A stretch of 64,000 nucleotides of DNA from Sedimentisphaerales bacterium (GTDB lineage: Bacteria > Planctomycetota > Phycisphaerae > Sedimentisphaerales > Anaerobacaceae). Positions 9,263-20,014 of this stretch are shown piece after piece. Under the pieces are notes generated by a model. That model was not told the origin of the DNA and searched no databases. It saw only the letters and a list, made by a program, of their open reading frames with translations. Numbering within the stretch: the stretch's first letter is position 1; every line of letters starts with the position of its first letter. The stretch spans positions 1,280,001 to 1,344,000 of the forward strand of contig OY970194.1 in assembly GCA_963708075.1 (NCBI GenBank), written 5' to 3'. A program made the position numbers and the translations under genes.

Positions 9263-10267
9263 ATGACAAGAGAGGCTGTATATCAGCAGGCCGTTGCGCT
9301 GATAGAGAGATCGAACACTATCCTGGTGACGACGCACACGAGGCCGGATGGCGACGCGTGTGGGTGCGTCGCCGCAATCTCCGAGGTGCTGAGGAACACC
9401 GGCAAGAAGGTCCTGCCGTTGCTGCTTTCACCCCTGCCGCAGTGGTATGCGTTCGTATTCACCGAGAAGGTCCCGGTCCTCGGCAAAGACGTTCAGCCTG
9501 ATGATTTGACTCGGGGAGCGTTCGCCGATGTTGATCTCGTGATCATCGCCGACACCGGCAGCTACAGTCAACTGACGGGGCTTGAAAACTACCTCAGGCA
9601 ATCGGGCAAGCCGGTGCTGGTGATCGACCATCATGTCACCTCGGACAAGCTGGGACAGGTCGAGATTGCCGACCAGACGGCCGGGGCGGCGGGGCTCGTG
9701 CTATACGATTTTCTCACGTACGCCCGCTGGCCGATCACGCCCACGGCGGCTCAGGCTCTCTTTGTCGCCATCGCCACAGACACGGGCTGGTTTCAGCTCA
9801 GTAATACCGACAGTCGAGTGTACTGCAGTTGCGCAGAGCTTGTCGATCTCGGTGTCAAGCCGACGGAGCTTTATAAGAAGTTGTACCAGGATTTCTCCCA
9901 CGAGCGTTTCCACCTGATGGTCCGGATGCTGAACACACTCGAGTTGCACCTGGACGGCCGCTATGCCTCGCAGCAGATTCTCCTGGAGGACTTCGCGAAG
10001 ACCGGGGCGGCGCACCAGGACACGGAGAACCTGATCAATGAGTGTCAGCGCATCGGGTCCGTGAGGGTCGCCGCGCTGTTCGTTGAGCACAAAGACGGAC
10101 GAGTGCGATGCTCGTTGCGCAGCCGCGGCGAAGTGGACGTAAGTGACCTCGCCGTCAAGTTCGGCGGCGGCGGCCACAAAATGGCCGCGGGGACCTTTCT
10201 GCCCGGCCCGATGGAAAACGCCAAGCGACTGATCCTCGATGAGGTCGCTCGCAGACTGGGCCCATGA
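9263..10267 (+). CDS. nrnA: DHH/DHHA1 family phosphoesterase (oligoribonuclease/PAP phosphatase NrnA-like)
   Basis: HTRPDGDA, IDHH, TDTGWF, SLRS, GGGGHKMAAG. Confidence 0.9.
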   Translation: MTREAVYQQAVALIERSNTILVTTHTRPDGDACGCVAAISEVLRNTGKKVLPLLLSPLPQWYAFVFTEKVPVLGKDVQPDDLTRGAFADVDLVIIADTGSYSQLTGLENYLRQSGKPVLVIDHHVTSDKLGQVEIADQTAGAAGLVLYDFLTYARWPITPTAAQALFVAIATDTGWFQLSNTDSRVYCSCAELVDLGVKPTELYKKLYQDFSHERFHLMVRMLNTLELHLDGRYASQQILLEDFAKTGAAHQDTENLINECQRIGSVRVAALFVEHKDGRVRCSLRSRGEVDVSDLAVKFGGGGHKMAAGTFLPGPMENAKRLILDEVARRLGP

Positions 10268-10282
10268 ATGGAGTCTTGTGAA

Positions 10283-11299
10283 ATGGAGATCGGGAGAAGA
10301 GCAACTCTTTGGCTGCTGTCGAGTGTCCTGTTGTTGTTCGTCGGCTGCAAAGAGAAGGACCCGGGCACTGCCGGCGCGGACAGGCAGTACATGATTGCGA
10401 CGGTCGTCAAGCTCGATGGAATCGCCTGGTTCGACCGGATGAAGGAAGGGGTCAAGAGGTTCGCCCAGGATACCGGGCACCGCTGCCTGCAACTCGGGCC
10501 CTCGCAGGCCGACGCCGCACTGCAGGTGCAGATCATCGAGGACTTGATCGCCCAGGGTGTCAACGCGATTTGCGTCGTGCCGTTTTCCGTGGAGGCCGTG
10601 GAGCCGGTGCTGAAGAAGGCCAGAGACCACGGGATTGTCGTGGTCTGTCACGAGGCGTCCAACCAGGTCAACGCGGACGCGATCATCGAGGCCTTCGATA
10701 ACGCGGCGTATGGCGCGCACCTCATGGACCACCTGGCCCGCTCTATGAGCGGACAGGGCGAGTATGCGGTCTTCGTCGGCAGTCTCACGTCCAAGTCGCA
10801 CAACGAGTGGATCGACGCCGCAATCGCCAGGCAGAGACAGGACTATCCGAAGATGGTCCTCGTTACAGAGCGAATTGAAGAATACGACAATCAGAATATC
10901 GCCTACGAGAAGACCAAGGAGCTGATCAGAGCATACCCGAATCTGCGGGGCATCCAGGGCAGCGCCTCGACCACGGCGGCGGGCGCGGGGCTGGCCGTCG
11001 AGGAGAAAGGCCTGCAGGACAAGATCGCCGTGATCGGCACCGGCCTGGTTTCGCAGTGCGGCCCGTATCTCAAAGGCGGCGGCGCCAAGCTCATCAGCTT
11101 CTGGGACCCGGCGGACGCCGGCTACGTAATGAACAAGCTGGCCGTGATGCTCCTGGAGCACAAGGAGCTCGCCGACGGGATGGACCTCGGGGCTGAGGGC
11201 TACCACGCGGTGCGCAGGGACCCGGAAAAGTCCAATCTCTTCTACGGCTCCGCCTGGGTCGATGTCACGAAGCAGAACATGGACGCCTACAACTTCTGA
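10283..11299 (+). CDS. Sugar/AI-2-type ABC transporter substrate-binding lipoprotein
   Basis: Lipobox FVGC; Peripla_BP_4 features such as ATVVK...WFDRM, QVQIIEDLIAQGV, WDP. Confidence 0.9.
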   Translation: MEIGRRATLWLLSSVLLLFVGCKEKDPGTAGADRQYMIATVVKLDGIAWFDRMKEGVKRFAQDTGHRCLQLGPSQADAALQVQIIEDLIAQGVNAICVVPFSVEAVEPVLKKARDHGIVVVCHEASNQVNADAIIEAFDNAAYGAHLMDHLARSMSGQGEYAVFVGSLTSKSHNEWIDAAIARQRQDYPKMVLVTERIEEYDNQNIAYEKTKELIRAYPNLRGIQGSASTTAAGAGLAVEEKGLQDKIAVIGTGLVSQCGPYLKGGGAKLISFWDPADAGYVMNKLAVMLLEHKELADGMDLGAEGYHAVRRDPEKSNLFYGSAWVDVTKQNMDAYNF

Positions 11300-11310
11300 G
11301 TGAGCGGCGA

Positions 11311-12810
11311 ATGAAGGATGCCTTCCTCGATGCCCGGCATATCAGCAAACGGTTCGGCGGCGTGCACGCGCTGCGGGACGTCTCGCTGACAATCGGGCGA
11401 GGCGAGGTTCACTGCCTCGCCGGGGAGAACGGCAGCGGCAAATCGACGCTCATCAAAATCATCGCGGGCGCCTGCCGGCCGGATGAGGGCGAGATCGTTA
11501 TCAACAGGCGGAGTGTGGGACACCTTCGTCCCATCGACGCGGTCCGCGAGGGAATCCAGGTGATTTATCAGGACTTGTCCCTGTTCCCGAATTTGACGGT
11601 GGCCGAGAACCTGGCAATCAACTCGCTGATGGAATGCAGATGCCGCTGGGCAACACCACGACGCATTCACCGTGTTGCTTCGGAGGCTATCGCACGATTG
11701 GGTGTTGCGATCGACCTGCGGAAAGAGGTGGCCGGGATTTCCGTCGCCGAGCGACAGCTCGTGGCCATTGCCAAAGCCTTGCTCCAGGACGCGCGGCTCA
11801 TCATTATGGACGAGCCTACGACCGCCCTGACGCACCGGGAGATCGAATCGCTGTTTCGTATCATAAGGAATCTCCAGGCTCGCGGCGTCTCGACCCTCTT
11901 CGTCAGCCACAAGCTCACGGAGGTCCTGGAGATCAGCGAGAAAATCACCGTCCTGCGCAACGGAGGCAAAGCAGCGGAGGGCGACACTTCGAGCTTTGAC
12001 TATGGCACGCTCGTACACTACATGACGGGCCGGGAGATACGCAGACCCGAGCCTGTGCCTCTGTGCCAGGGCACGCGTGGTTTGCCTCTGTTGCGCGTGC
12101 AAGGCCTCTGTCTCCGCGATGCCTTCAATGACGTGAGCTTCGATTTGCGGCCTGGTGAGGTCTTGGGAATCGCCGGCCTGCTCGGATCGGGCAGAACTGA
12201 ACTGGCAACGTCCCTGTTCGGTCTAATGACAGCAGATACCGGCACAATCGAAATCAACGGTGAGACGGTGCAGTCCGGCAGTGTGCAGGATGCCATGGCG
12301 AGAGGGATCGCCTATATCCCCGAAGATCGATTGACAGAGGGATTGTTCCTGGAGCAATCAATCGAGCGGAACATATCCGCGGCCAACCTGGAATCCTTTG
12401 CTCGCTGGGGCGGCCGGCTGGACTTCGGTCGCATGCGGGAGATTGTCCGCAAGTGGATGTCGGCTTTGAGCATCGCCGCACCCTCGGTAGCCCTGCCCGT
12501 GCAGAGCCTCTCCGGCGGCAATCAGCAGAAAGTCGTCCTCGCCAAATGGCTGGCGGGCAAGGCCGGAATCCTGATTCTGAACGGTCCGACGGTCGGTGTG
12601 GACGTCGGCGCCAAGGTCGAGATTCACAGCAAGCTCATGGAACTCGCCCGCAAGGGGATGGGGATCATCATTATTTCCGACGATCTGCCCGAGCTGGCGA
12701 GCCTGTGCGGGCGCGTCCTCGTCATGCACCGGGGCCGAATTGTCGATGAGCTTGCAATGGCCCAAGAGAACGAGAGCACATTGGCCGCCCGGCTGAGCGA
12801 ATTGGAGTAG
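11311..12810 (+). CDS. Sugar ABC transporter ATP-binding protein (two ABC domains)
   Basis: GENGSGKS, DEPT, PEDR, LSGGNQQK. Confidence 0.95.
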   Translation: MKDAFLDARHISKRFGGVHALRDVSLTIGRGEVHCLAGENGSGKSTLIKIIAGACRPDEGEIVINRRSVGHLRPIDAVREGIQVIYQDLSLFPNLTVAENLAINSLMECRCRWATPRRIHRVASEAIARLGVAIDLRKEVAGISVAERQLVAIAKALLQDARLIIMDEPTTALTHREIESLFRIIRNLQARGVSTLFVSHKLTEVLEISEKITVLRNGGKAAEGDTSSFDYGTLVHYMTGREIRRPEPVPLCQGTRGLPLLRVQGLCLRDAFNDVSFDLRPGEVLGIAGLLGSGRTELATSLFGLMTADTGTIEINGETVQSGSVQDAMARGIAYIPEDRLTEGLFLEQSIERNISAANLESFARWGGRLDFGRMREIVRKWMSALSIAAPSVALPVQSLSGGNQQKVVLAKWLAGKAGILILNGPTVGVDVGAKVEIHSKLMELARKGMGIIIISDDLPELASLCGRVLVMHRGRIVDELAMAQENESTLAARLSELE

Positions 12811-12815
12811 GCCTC

Positions 12816-13817
12816 GTGGAACGCCTGTCGAGAATCCTGCATAGACACGAGCTTTACCTCGCCGCCGTGCTTGTGCTGCTGGCCTCGATCATCGCTCTCA
12901 TCAACCCGGCGTTCCTCTCGCTGTCGAATCTCTTCGACCTGTGCAAGAGCAGCACGGTGCTGGGGATCTTCGCGCTGGGCGTGCTCATCGTCCTGCTTTC
13001 CGGCGGGATCGACATCTCGTTCACGGCCATCGCGGCATTGAGCATGTATGTCACGAGCAAGGTCCTCCCGGCGGCAGATTCCTCGGGCTCGGTCGTCGTG
13101 GCATTTATGATCGCGGGATGTCTCGGCCTTCTATTGGGCCTGTTCAACGCTTTCTTCATCTCCTGCTATCACCTGCCGACCTTGATCGTCACGCTGGGTT
13201 CCGCGAGCGTGTTTCGCGGCTTTCTGCTGGCCTTCATCGGCACAAAGATCGTGACGAGCCTGCCGGCGGGCATGGTGGATTTCTCCAGGCTGTCCCTATT
13301 CACGAGCACGCTGCCCGGCGGCGAGACGATTGGACTATCCGCATCGTTTCTCCTGTTTATCGGCGCGGCCGTAGTGGTCTGGACGCTGCTGCAGTACACG
13401 GTGCTTGGTAAAGGCATTTACGCCCTCGGAGGCAATCCCGAAGCAGCCGAGCGGGCGGGGTTCAATATCGCGCGCCTGCAATTCTTCATTTACGGGCTCG
13501 TCGGTTTTCTCTCCGGCATGGCGGGCCTGACTCACGCTTGCATGATGCGAAACGCCAATCCATTCGACCTCGTGGGCACGGAACTGGTCGTCATTGCAGC
13601 GGTCGTCCTCGGCGGCGCTTCCATCACGGGCGGGCGCGGGACCGTCATCGGCACGGTGCTCGGCGTCTTCCTGCTCGTCACTATCAACAACAGCCTCATT
13701 CTGCTGGGTATCCCTTCGTACTGGCAGAAAGTGCTGGTCGGTCTTGTGATCGTCGTCAGCACCGGCATCACCGCCCGCCGAAACCCGCGGGCTTTGCAGG
13801 GAGTTGTGGCAAGTTGA
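12816..13817 (+). CDS. Sugar ABC transporter permease
   Basis: GGIDISF, IYALGGN, IAAVVLGGASITGGRG. Confidence 0.93.
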   Translation: MERLSRILHRHELYLAAVLVLLASIIALINPAFLSLSNLFDLCKSSTVLGIFALGVLIVLLSGGIDISFTAIAALSMYVTSKVLPAADSSGSVVVAFMIAGCLGLLLGLFNAFFISCYHLPTLIVTLGSASVFRGFLLAFIGTKIVTSLPAGMVDFSRLSLFTSTLPGGETIGLSASFLLFIGAAVVVWTLLQYTVLGKGIYALGGNPEAAERAGFNIARLQFFIYGLVGFLSGMAGLTHACMMRNANPFDLVGTELVVIAAVVLGGASITGGRGTVIGTVLGVFLLVTINNSLILLGIPSYWQKVLVGLVIVVSTGITARRNPRALQGVVAS

Positions 13818-14893
13818 GCGATGCACGTGACAACGTGAGCCTGCGAAACGGTTCGGCTTCTCTCCTGGGTCGGCTCCAGCAGTGGCTGCCCACGGAAGGG
13901 GCGACCCTGCGTCTGCTCATCATTACAATCGCCGTGCTTACCATCATGAGCCTGCTCAATCCCGGCAGGTTCCTGACCTATCGCAACTTTTCCTCCATGT
14001 GCTTTCAGTTCCCGGAGCTGGGGATCTTCGCGCTGGCCGTCATGCTTTCGCTGGTCACCGGCGGCATCGACCTGTCCGTGATCAGCATCGGCAATCTCAC
14101 TGGGCTCTTGGCCGCCTTGATCCTGGCGCGCACCACGGCCTCCGATCTGTCCGCCCCCATGCTTGCCATGTACATGGTCGTGGCAATCGTCGCCGCGCTG
14201 GCCGCAGGCGCCCTCTGCGGATGGATCAACGGCGTCCTGATCTCCCGTTTCGCCATCACGCCCATCCTCGCGACCCTGGGAACGATGCAGTTGTTCATGG
14301 GCGTTGCCCTTGTGCTCACGAAGGGGCACGCGATTGCCGGTTACCCCAAAGCAGTTCAGTTCATCGGCAACGGCACGCTCGCAGGTGTCCCCGTGCCGCT
14401 GCTCATCTTCCTGCTCCTGGTGTGCCTCGTGCACGTGATGCTGAGTCGGACCCGGCTCGGCCTGCACCTGTACCTTGTGGGCACGAACCCCGTGGCCGCC
14501 CGCTTCTCCGGCCTCGACGTCCGCCGGCTGCTGAGCAGGACGTATCTCCTGACCGCGCTGCTGTCCACGGTCGCCGGCCTCGTGATCATCTCGCGCACGA
14601 ACTCCGCCAAGGCGGACTACGGCAGCTCCTACCTGCTTCAGGCCGTCCTCGTAGCCATCCTCGGCGGCGTGAACCCTCGCGGCGGCTTCGGCTCCGCCTG
14701 GGGCATCCTGCTGGCTGTCCTCTCGCTGCAGTTCCTCTCCAGCGGGCTGAACATGCTGCAACTGAACGAGACCGTCGGCCCGTACATCAACAATTTCACC
14801 AAGGAGTTCACCTGGGGCGCACTGCTGCTCGCCGTGATGGTCCTCGGTCACTACAGCAACCGCCCCCGAGCAGGCTACTCCGGCCGGCAGTAA
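13814..14893 (+). CDS. Sugar ABC transporter permease (second subunit)
   Basis: GGIDLSV, VGTNPVAARFSG, LGGVNPRGGFG; TTG start at 13814 inferred from the 4-nt overlap and RBS. Confidence 0.9.
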   Translation: MSDARDNVSLRNGSASLLGRLQQWLPTEGATLRLLIITIAVLTIMSLLNPGRFLTYRNFSSMCFQFPELGIFALAVMLSLVTGGIDLSVISIGNLTGLLAALILARTTASDLSAPMLAMYMVVAIVAALAAGALCGWINGVLISRFAITPILATLGTMQLFMGVALVLTKGHAIAGYPKAVQFIGNGTLAGVPVPLLIFLLLVCLVHVMLSRTRLGLHLYLVGTNPVAARFSGLDVRRLLSRTYLLTALLSTVAGLVIISRTNSAKADYGSSYLLQAVLVAILGGVNPRGGFGSAWGILLAVLSLQFLSSGLNMLQLNETVGPYINNFTKEFTWGALLLAVMVLGHYSNRPRAGYSGRQ

Positions 14894-15468
14894 GTGGGCC
14901 GCTCACCATTCTTGTTGGGGGCGAAGGCCTCCTGAAGAAGCTGCTGTCCGAGCCTGCTGTCGGCGGGGATCCAGAGCTTGTCATCGACTTTCCGGATCAT
15001 TCTGCCCTTACCCCATTTCCTGGCGGCACTGGCACTGTCCCGCCGCTTCGGCAATTTGGCCAGGATCTCCGGGGAAGTCGTCGTTTCGAGGAAGCCGATG
15101 AATCGCTCCGATTCGTTCGGTTCGTAAACGTAGGTCAGGACATACGCCCGGACACCGGCGGGCGTGCCGTCGGGCAAGGGCCCGGAAGGCGTGTCGATGG
15201 GCGGAGCGAGGCCTTTCTCGGCCGTGAACAGCTTGCCCGTATTGAGGTCGTAGTACCACTCCTTCTCGATGGTTACTATGGGGAGCGGCTTGTCGGGGAT
15301 CAGCAGCCAGATGACGATCGCCAGGAGCAGCATGACCGAGGCCGCCGCAACGGAGAATACGACGGTCGGATACTCATTGATCCATCCTCGCAGCGTCGGC
15401 AGCCCGAGCCGTTCGCTCAGCCGTTCCCATCTCCACCGAAGCTCGATCTTCACCCAGTCAGGCAGCAT
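14875..15468 (-). CDS. Hypothetical membrane-anchored protein
   Basis: One TM followed by WYYDLNTGKLF...PPIDTPSG; lies directly downstream of the prepilin-type gene. Confidence 0.7.
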   Translation of the reverse strand: MLPDWVKIELRWRWERLSERLGLPTLRGWINEYPTVVFSVAAASVMLLLAIVIWLLIPDKPLPIVTIEKEWYYDLNTGKLFTAEKGLAPPIDTPSGPLPDGTPAGVRAYVLTYVYEPNESERFIGFLETTTSPEILAKLPKRRDSASAARKWGKGRMIRKVDDKLWIPADSRLGQQLLQEAFAPNKNGERPTYCRPE

Positions 15469-15522
15469 ATGAAGTCACTCTTATCGCTGTATAAACGCGC
15501 CATGGGTCGCCAAAAGCATCTG

Positions 15523-16323
15523 CTATTCGCGCTTGCCCTCCAGCAACTGGACCATACGTTCCAGGTCCGGATTGTACTCGGAGGCATCCGCCGGATCGAT
15601 TGCGTACTCTGCCAGCAGGATCGTCCGCGGGTCCCGATATCTCCAGTATTCGCAATGACCATCCGCCAACGAGATATTGCATCCGTCGCTGTGGCGCGCG
15701 CTGATGTTGCGGCTGTTGCTGACAAACCACTCGGGTGCCGCCGCGTCCATCTCTCTGACGGCGCAGAACGACCCTTCCATCCACAGCGTGCGGCACGCGC
15801 CGTCGATGAAGACGAGCCGTTCGCTGGCTCGGGTGACTTCGCTCCACCCGCGGAATGGCCTGATGTTGTTGCTCTCGTGGCCGTACCCCTGGCCGTTCAT
15901 GGCTCGCGAGATCGCATAGCTGCGAAGCTGCTCCGTGATATCGCTCTTGCACTTGTAGAGTCCGAGCGTCTCTCCCGTGTAGGGCCACAGGATCCCGGCC
16001 ATGATCGCCTCCGCCGTGCCACCGATCTCGTTGCCCGGCATGACCGGCCCGTCCGCCACCCAGTGGCAGTCCGGCGGCACGTCCCAGCCCGTATCCGCCG
16101 AGCACAGCCGGTCGTCGTTCTCCAACGCGTACATCAGCCAGCACTGCGTCAGGCTCCGCATGTTGGACAGGCACATTACGCGTTTGCCCTGTTCCCGTGC
16201 CCGCGTCAACGACGGCAGTGTGATCGACATCAGCAGGCAGATAATGGAAATGACCACCAGAAGTTCCATGAGCGTGAACCCGCACAACATGTCCTTGGAC
16301 TGCCGTGCGCCTCGCCTGTCCAT
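15523..16323 (-). CDS. Prepilin-type N-terminal methylation / H-X9-DG (DUF1559-like) protein
   Basis: GFTLMELLVVISII...PSLTRARE...CLSN and RHSDGCNISLADGH; start may be 16365. Confidence 0.9.
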   Translation of the reverse strand: MDRRGARQSKDMLCGFTLMELLVVISIICLLMSITLPSLTRAREQGKRVMCLSNMRSLTQCWLMYALENDDRLCSADTGWDVPPDCHWVADGPVMPGNEIGGTAEAIMAGILWPYTGETLGLYKCKSDITEQLRSYAISRAMNGQGYGHESNNIRPFRGWSEVTRASERLVFIDGACRTLWMEGSFCAVREMDAAAPEWFVSNSRNISARHSDGCNISLADGHCEYWRYRDPRTILLAEYAIDPADASEYNPDLERMVQLLEGKRE

Positions 16324-16927
16324 AGTTCCCGCCCAACCGAACCTGGAAACAAATCCCTCAGCCATGTCTCTTAGTATATCCCCGCTCACCTGCCCGGGCA
16401 AGTGGAATCGGCTCACCACAGGACCGCGACGGGGACAACTTGTCCCGCATTGTGACAAGTGGTAAAGCAACGTATGAGTTCCAGGTGTCATTTGCCTGGT
16501 AGTGGAGACAGAACCGTGCCCGAGCCGGCTACTCGAACGGGCTGCTGATCTACAGATGGATCGACGATAATTTCCTGCTCTACAGTTGCGGGGCGGATTT
16601 CGATGATGACGGAGGAGTGCCGAGCAAATGGGGCGAAGGCAAGGGAGGGGCGACCAGGGCTTCTGGCCTGTCCAGGATAGGGATTGAGACGATGCACGCT
16701 CCAGCAGCCAACAAGCTACGTCTCTTCCCTATGGGGATTAGGCAAGTTACTTATTCCTTCTTGGTGGATGGTCCGGCTATTCTGCTGACAATTCTCATCG
16801 CGGTTATGCCGGTTGTACGCGGATTCAGCGGCATCGCCTGTGCAGGGCAGGCATCCCGCGGGTCCAGATTCTCGTGTCCGTGATGATCTTTATCGTTTCC
16901 CTGTCTTGAGCTTTGGAAGGAGTCCTT

Positions 16928-17518
16928 ATGAGAGCTATCGTATGGGCATGCATGTTGGTGGCCGCAGGAATGTTGTGCCTGACCGGCTGTAAGACCGCTC
17001 CCAAGACGGTCGAGGCAAGGTCTGACTTGGGCCAGACAGTTCGCCAGACGATCAATCTCGCCCGTCAGACGGACCCCGGCATCCAGGGATTCATCGACAG
17101 CTCCGCCGGCTATGCCGTTTTCCCCACCGTGGGCAAAGGGGCCGTCGGAGTTGGCGGTGCGTTCGGCCGGGGTGAGTTGATCCAGGGCGGCAAGATGGTC
17201 GGCTATTGCTCACTGACCCAGGCCAGCGTCGGACTCGCTCTGGGAGGCCAGTCGTACAGTGAATTGGTCTTCTTTGAGACTCCCGCAGCCTTGGAGAAGT
17301 TCAAGTCAGGCGACTACACTTTTTCCGCCCAGGTTTCCGCGGTGGCGCTCAAGTCCGGTGCCTCGGCCAATGCCAAGTATGCTGACGGTGTGGCAGTCTT
17401 CACGATGGGCGAGGCGGGCCTGATGGTCGAGGCCTCCGTCGGAGGACAGAAATTCAGCTTCCAGCCGGTCGCCGTGGCACGGGATGTGTCGGCGCAACCT
17501 GCGACGACCCCTCAATGA
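16928..17518 (+). CDS. YSC84/SYLF lipid-binding domain lipoprotein
   Basis: Lipobox LTGC; GYAVFPTVGKG..GGAFGRG, GLMVEASVGGQKF. Confidence 0.85.
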   Translation: MRAIVWACMLVAAGMLCLTGCKTAPKTVEARSDLGQTVRQTINLARQTDPGIQGFIDSSAGYAVFPTVGKGAVGVGGAFGRGELIQGGKMVGYCSLTQASVGLALGGQSYSELVFFETPAALEKFKSGDYTFSAQVSAVALKSGASANAKYADGVAVFTMGEAGLMVEASVGGQKFSFQPVAVARDVSAQPATTPQ

Positions 17519-17611
17519 TAGCCGCCGGCCTTTCCTGCGTCATGTAACGCACCTGGCGTTTTTAATCGGGACATCTGCCCCTGCGGTTGATATCCTGCAT
17601 CCACAGAGCGT

Positions 17612-18028
17612 ATGCCCTTCTTGGGCATGCAGGACAAGCAAGGGCAGATGTGGGGATGTCTCGTGGACGGCACAGGTGGACGTGACGATCAGATATCGCA
17701 GACTGGCGATTCCGTATGGCGGTGCAACTTCTGTCAGCGGCAAATCCGCGAGGGCTTGTTGCTATGTCCGTTCTGTGGTCGGCGGATCAGCTCTGCCAAT
17801 GGGCCGCAGAGGAGATGGTACCATTCCAGATACGCTGTCATGATGAGCATAGCCACTCTTGGCCCATTCGCTCTGCCGATACTCTGGTCCAATCCCCGCT
17901 ACACAGTCCGCACGAAGGTCACCATCACAGTCCTGACTCTCGCGCTGACGGTCCTGCTCGTCTGCATCCTGGTGATGGTATGTGCTCGGCTGATGGAGCA
18001 ACTCAGGCAATTGACGACCGCGTACTAG
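17612..18028 (+). CDS. Hypothetical zinc-ribbon membrane protein
   Basis: CNFC...CPFCG followed by two TM segments (GPFALPILW). Confidence 0.6.
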   Translation: MPFLGMQDKQGQMWGCLVDGTGGRDDQISQTGDSVWRCNFCQRQIREGLLLCPFCGRRISSANGPQRRWYHSRYAVMMSIATLGPFALPILWSNPRYTVRTKVTITVLTLALTVLLVCILVMVCARLMEQLRQLTTAY

Positions 18029-18172
18029 GTCCGCCCGATCCATTGTGTCCGTCGACATGGATTTCGACCGCTCCTCGTCGTCTGCCGCACCTGCGACCCC
18101 ACAGCAGATCGTTGCTCGGCGAAAGAAGAAATTTGCCTGCCATCGCCAATCACAGTAGATAGTGGTACCTTT

Positions 18173-18247
18173 CGGGGCGTGGCGCAGTTTGGCTAGCGCG
18201 CTTGCATGGGGTGCAAGAGGTCGGTGATTCAAGTCCACTCGCCCCGA
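18173..18247 (+). tRNA. tRNA-Pro(GGG)
   Basis: Acceptor CGGGGCG/CGCCCCG-A; anticodon arm CTTGC-ATGGGGT-GCAAG; TTCAAGT loop; CCA not encoded. Confidence 0.93.
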
Positions 18248-18534
18248 TTTTCCTTCTGTCGAGAGTAGAGCGGGGAAATTGTTTCTGACTGGCATGGTCC
18301 TTGGGCAATTTGAGGGTATTTCCCATGTAATGAGGGATTTGCCTATTTGCTCCTGCTGCTGATACCTTACAGTGGATGATAGACCAGCGACAGGATAGAC
18401 GGGAGGGCCAACAACTACCGAGTGAGCGGGGGATGTCTCTCCTCCACCTTGGTCATGGCCAGCCTGCCTCCAGTTGTGTAGTTGACTGGCTTGGGAACCC
18501 GGGGTCCGGTCGCTCGTGGGGGGTATGAAGCGAG

Positions 18535-20014
18535 ATGAACAGAAAGCTTCTACGTACCTTCGCACCATCAGTGAGCATTCGCACCTTGGTCGCATTATGG
18601 GCCGGCAGCGTGTTTCTTGCCTGGGCTATTCTGGTTGTTGCCTGGATCGTGGCCAAGGGCGAATTTGGCCGCCTTTCTCAGCGGATGGCAGTTGACGGGA
18701 GAGCGTTGGGCATGGCCCGCGAGCTCGAACTGGCCGTGCTCGCGGAAAGACGCGCGGACTTGCTCTGGCAGACCACGGGCGACGATCAGTTCCGGGAGGC
18801 GCAGAGATGCATACGGGACCATTGCGGAAGGGGTCACCGACAGTCTGAAATCGTATGTGCATACAGAGCAGGGCCGGGGACTCCTGGTGGAAGCCCGCGA
18901 GAGACTGAAGGTCCTCCACAGTCAGTCCGGATTGCCGACTCTACCGCCCCCGGAGTCTCTGACGCAGACGGCGGATGAGTTGCTGACGGCAGCCAGAGGG
19001 CTCAGTCTGCACATGCGGAGCCACATGGAGCAGACAGTCCAAGTGGCCAATCGCCGGCAGAGGGCCATCAGTACGTGGATGCTCGGGTTGTCGGCCGGCA
19101 CGGCCATTCTACTGTTTGTCGGCGCACACAGCATCATCCACCGGGTGGCGTATCCCGCATTAGCACTGACGAAGGCGGCCGATGCTTTCGGCAGGGGGGA
19201 CTTCTTCGCCAGGGCCCCGATCCTGCACGATGATGAGCTGGGAGCGCTGGCGAGGACCTTCAACAATATGGCCAACGACATCGCTGATCGCGAGAGCCAT
19301 CGGCTGCAATTCGTCGCCACGGTGGCCCACGACCTGAAGAATCCCGTGCTCACCATCGAGTTGGCCGGCCGGATCCTGGGCGACTCCGCCCCGAGCGAGG
19401 AGCAGCGTCCGTACGTTGATGCCGTGATCGACGAGGCGAGTCGCCTGAAGGTGACGCTGCGCGACCTCATGGACGATCTGCAGGTGGCCAGCGGCTATCT
19501 TTCGATCCGCAGGGCTGACGTGGAGCTGGGTTCGGTGGTCCGGCAACTGGTTGAAACACAGGCCAAGGCTGTCACGGATCACGAGTTCGTCATCGAGACA
19601 CAGGAGTGCACGGTGCTCGGCGATGCGAGGAGACTCGAACGGGTCATATCGAACCTGGTCTCCAACGCCGTCAAGTACAGTCCGTCCAACACGCGGGTTA
19701 CGGTCAGGGTGGAGAAGCAGGAATCGGCGGTGGTGCTGTCCGTCTCCGATGAGGGGCCGGGCATCGCGGCGGAGGATCTGCGGGCGATCTTCCAGCCCTT
19801 CGGCCGGGGTCGAGCCGCCGATGCTCTGGCTGACGGCACCGGAATCGGACTGTACGTCGTCAAGCAGATCGTCGAAGCCCACGAGGGTCAAATCGAGGTG
19901 CACAGCGAGCCCGGGCATGGCGCGACGTTTCTGGTCAAGCTGCCTCTGACCGAGGCGGGCCGAGAAGCAAGAGAACTCCACGCCCTGGGCAGCCGTGAGC
20001 AGAGCGGTCCATAG
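18535..20014 (+). CDS. HAMP-domain sensor histidine kinase, frameshifted at ~18799
   Basis: TM1 in ORF 18535..18978. TM2, HAMP (DELGALARTFNNM), H-box AHDLKNP, N-box NLVSNAVKYS and G-boxes in ORF 18617..20014. Removing one G joins them as QFRE-RRDAYG. Confidence 0.85.

Noticed and set aside
13882..16374. 830-aa ORF and other long ORFs (9701..11206, 20342..21922, 28686..30197, 41675..43177, 50924..52573, 59235..60575)
   Set aside because: Off-frame or antisense shadows of well-supported genes in GC-rich DNA, with no recognisable motifs.
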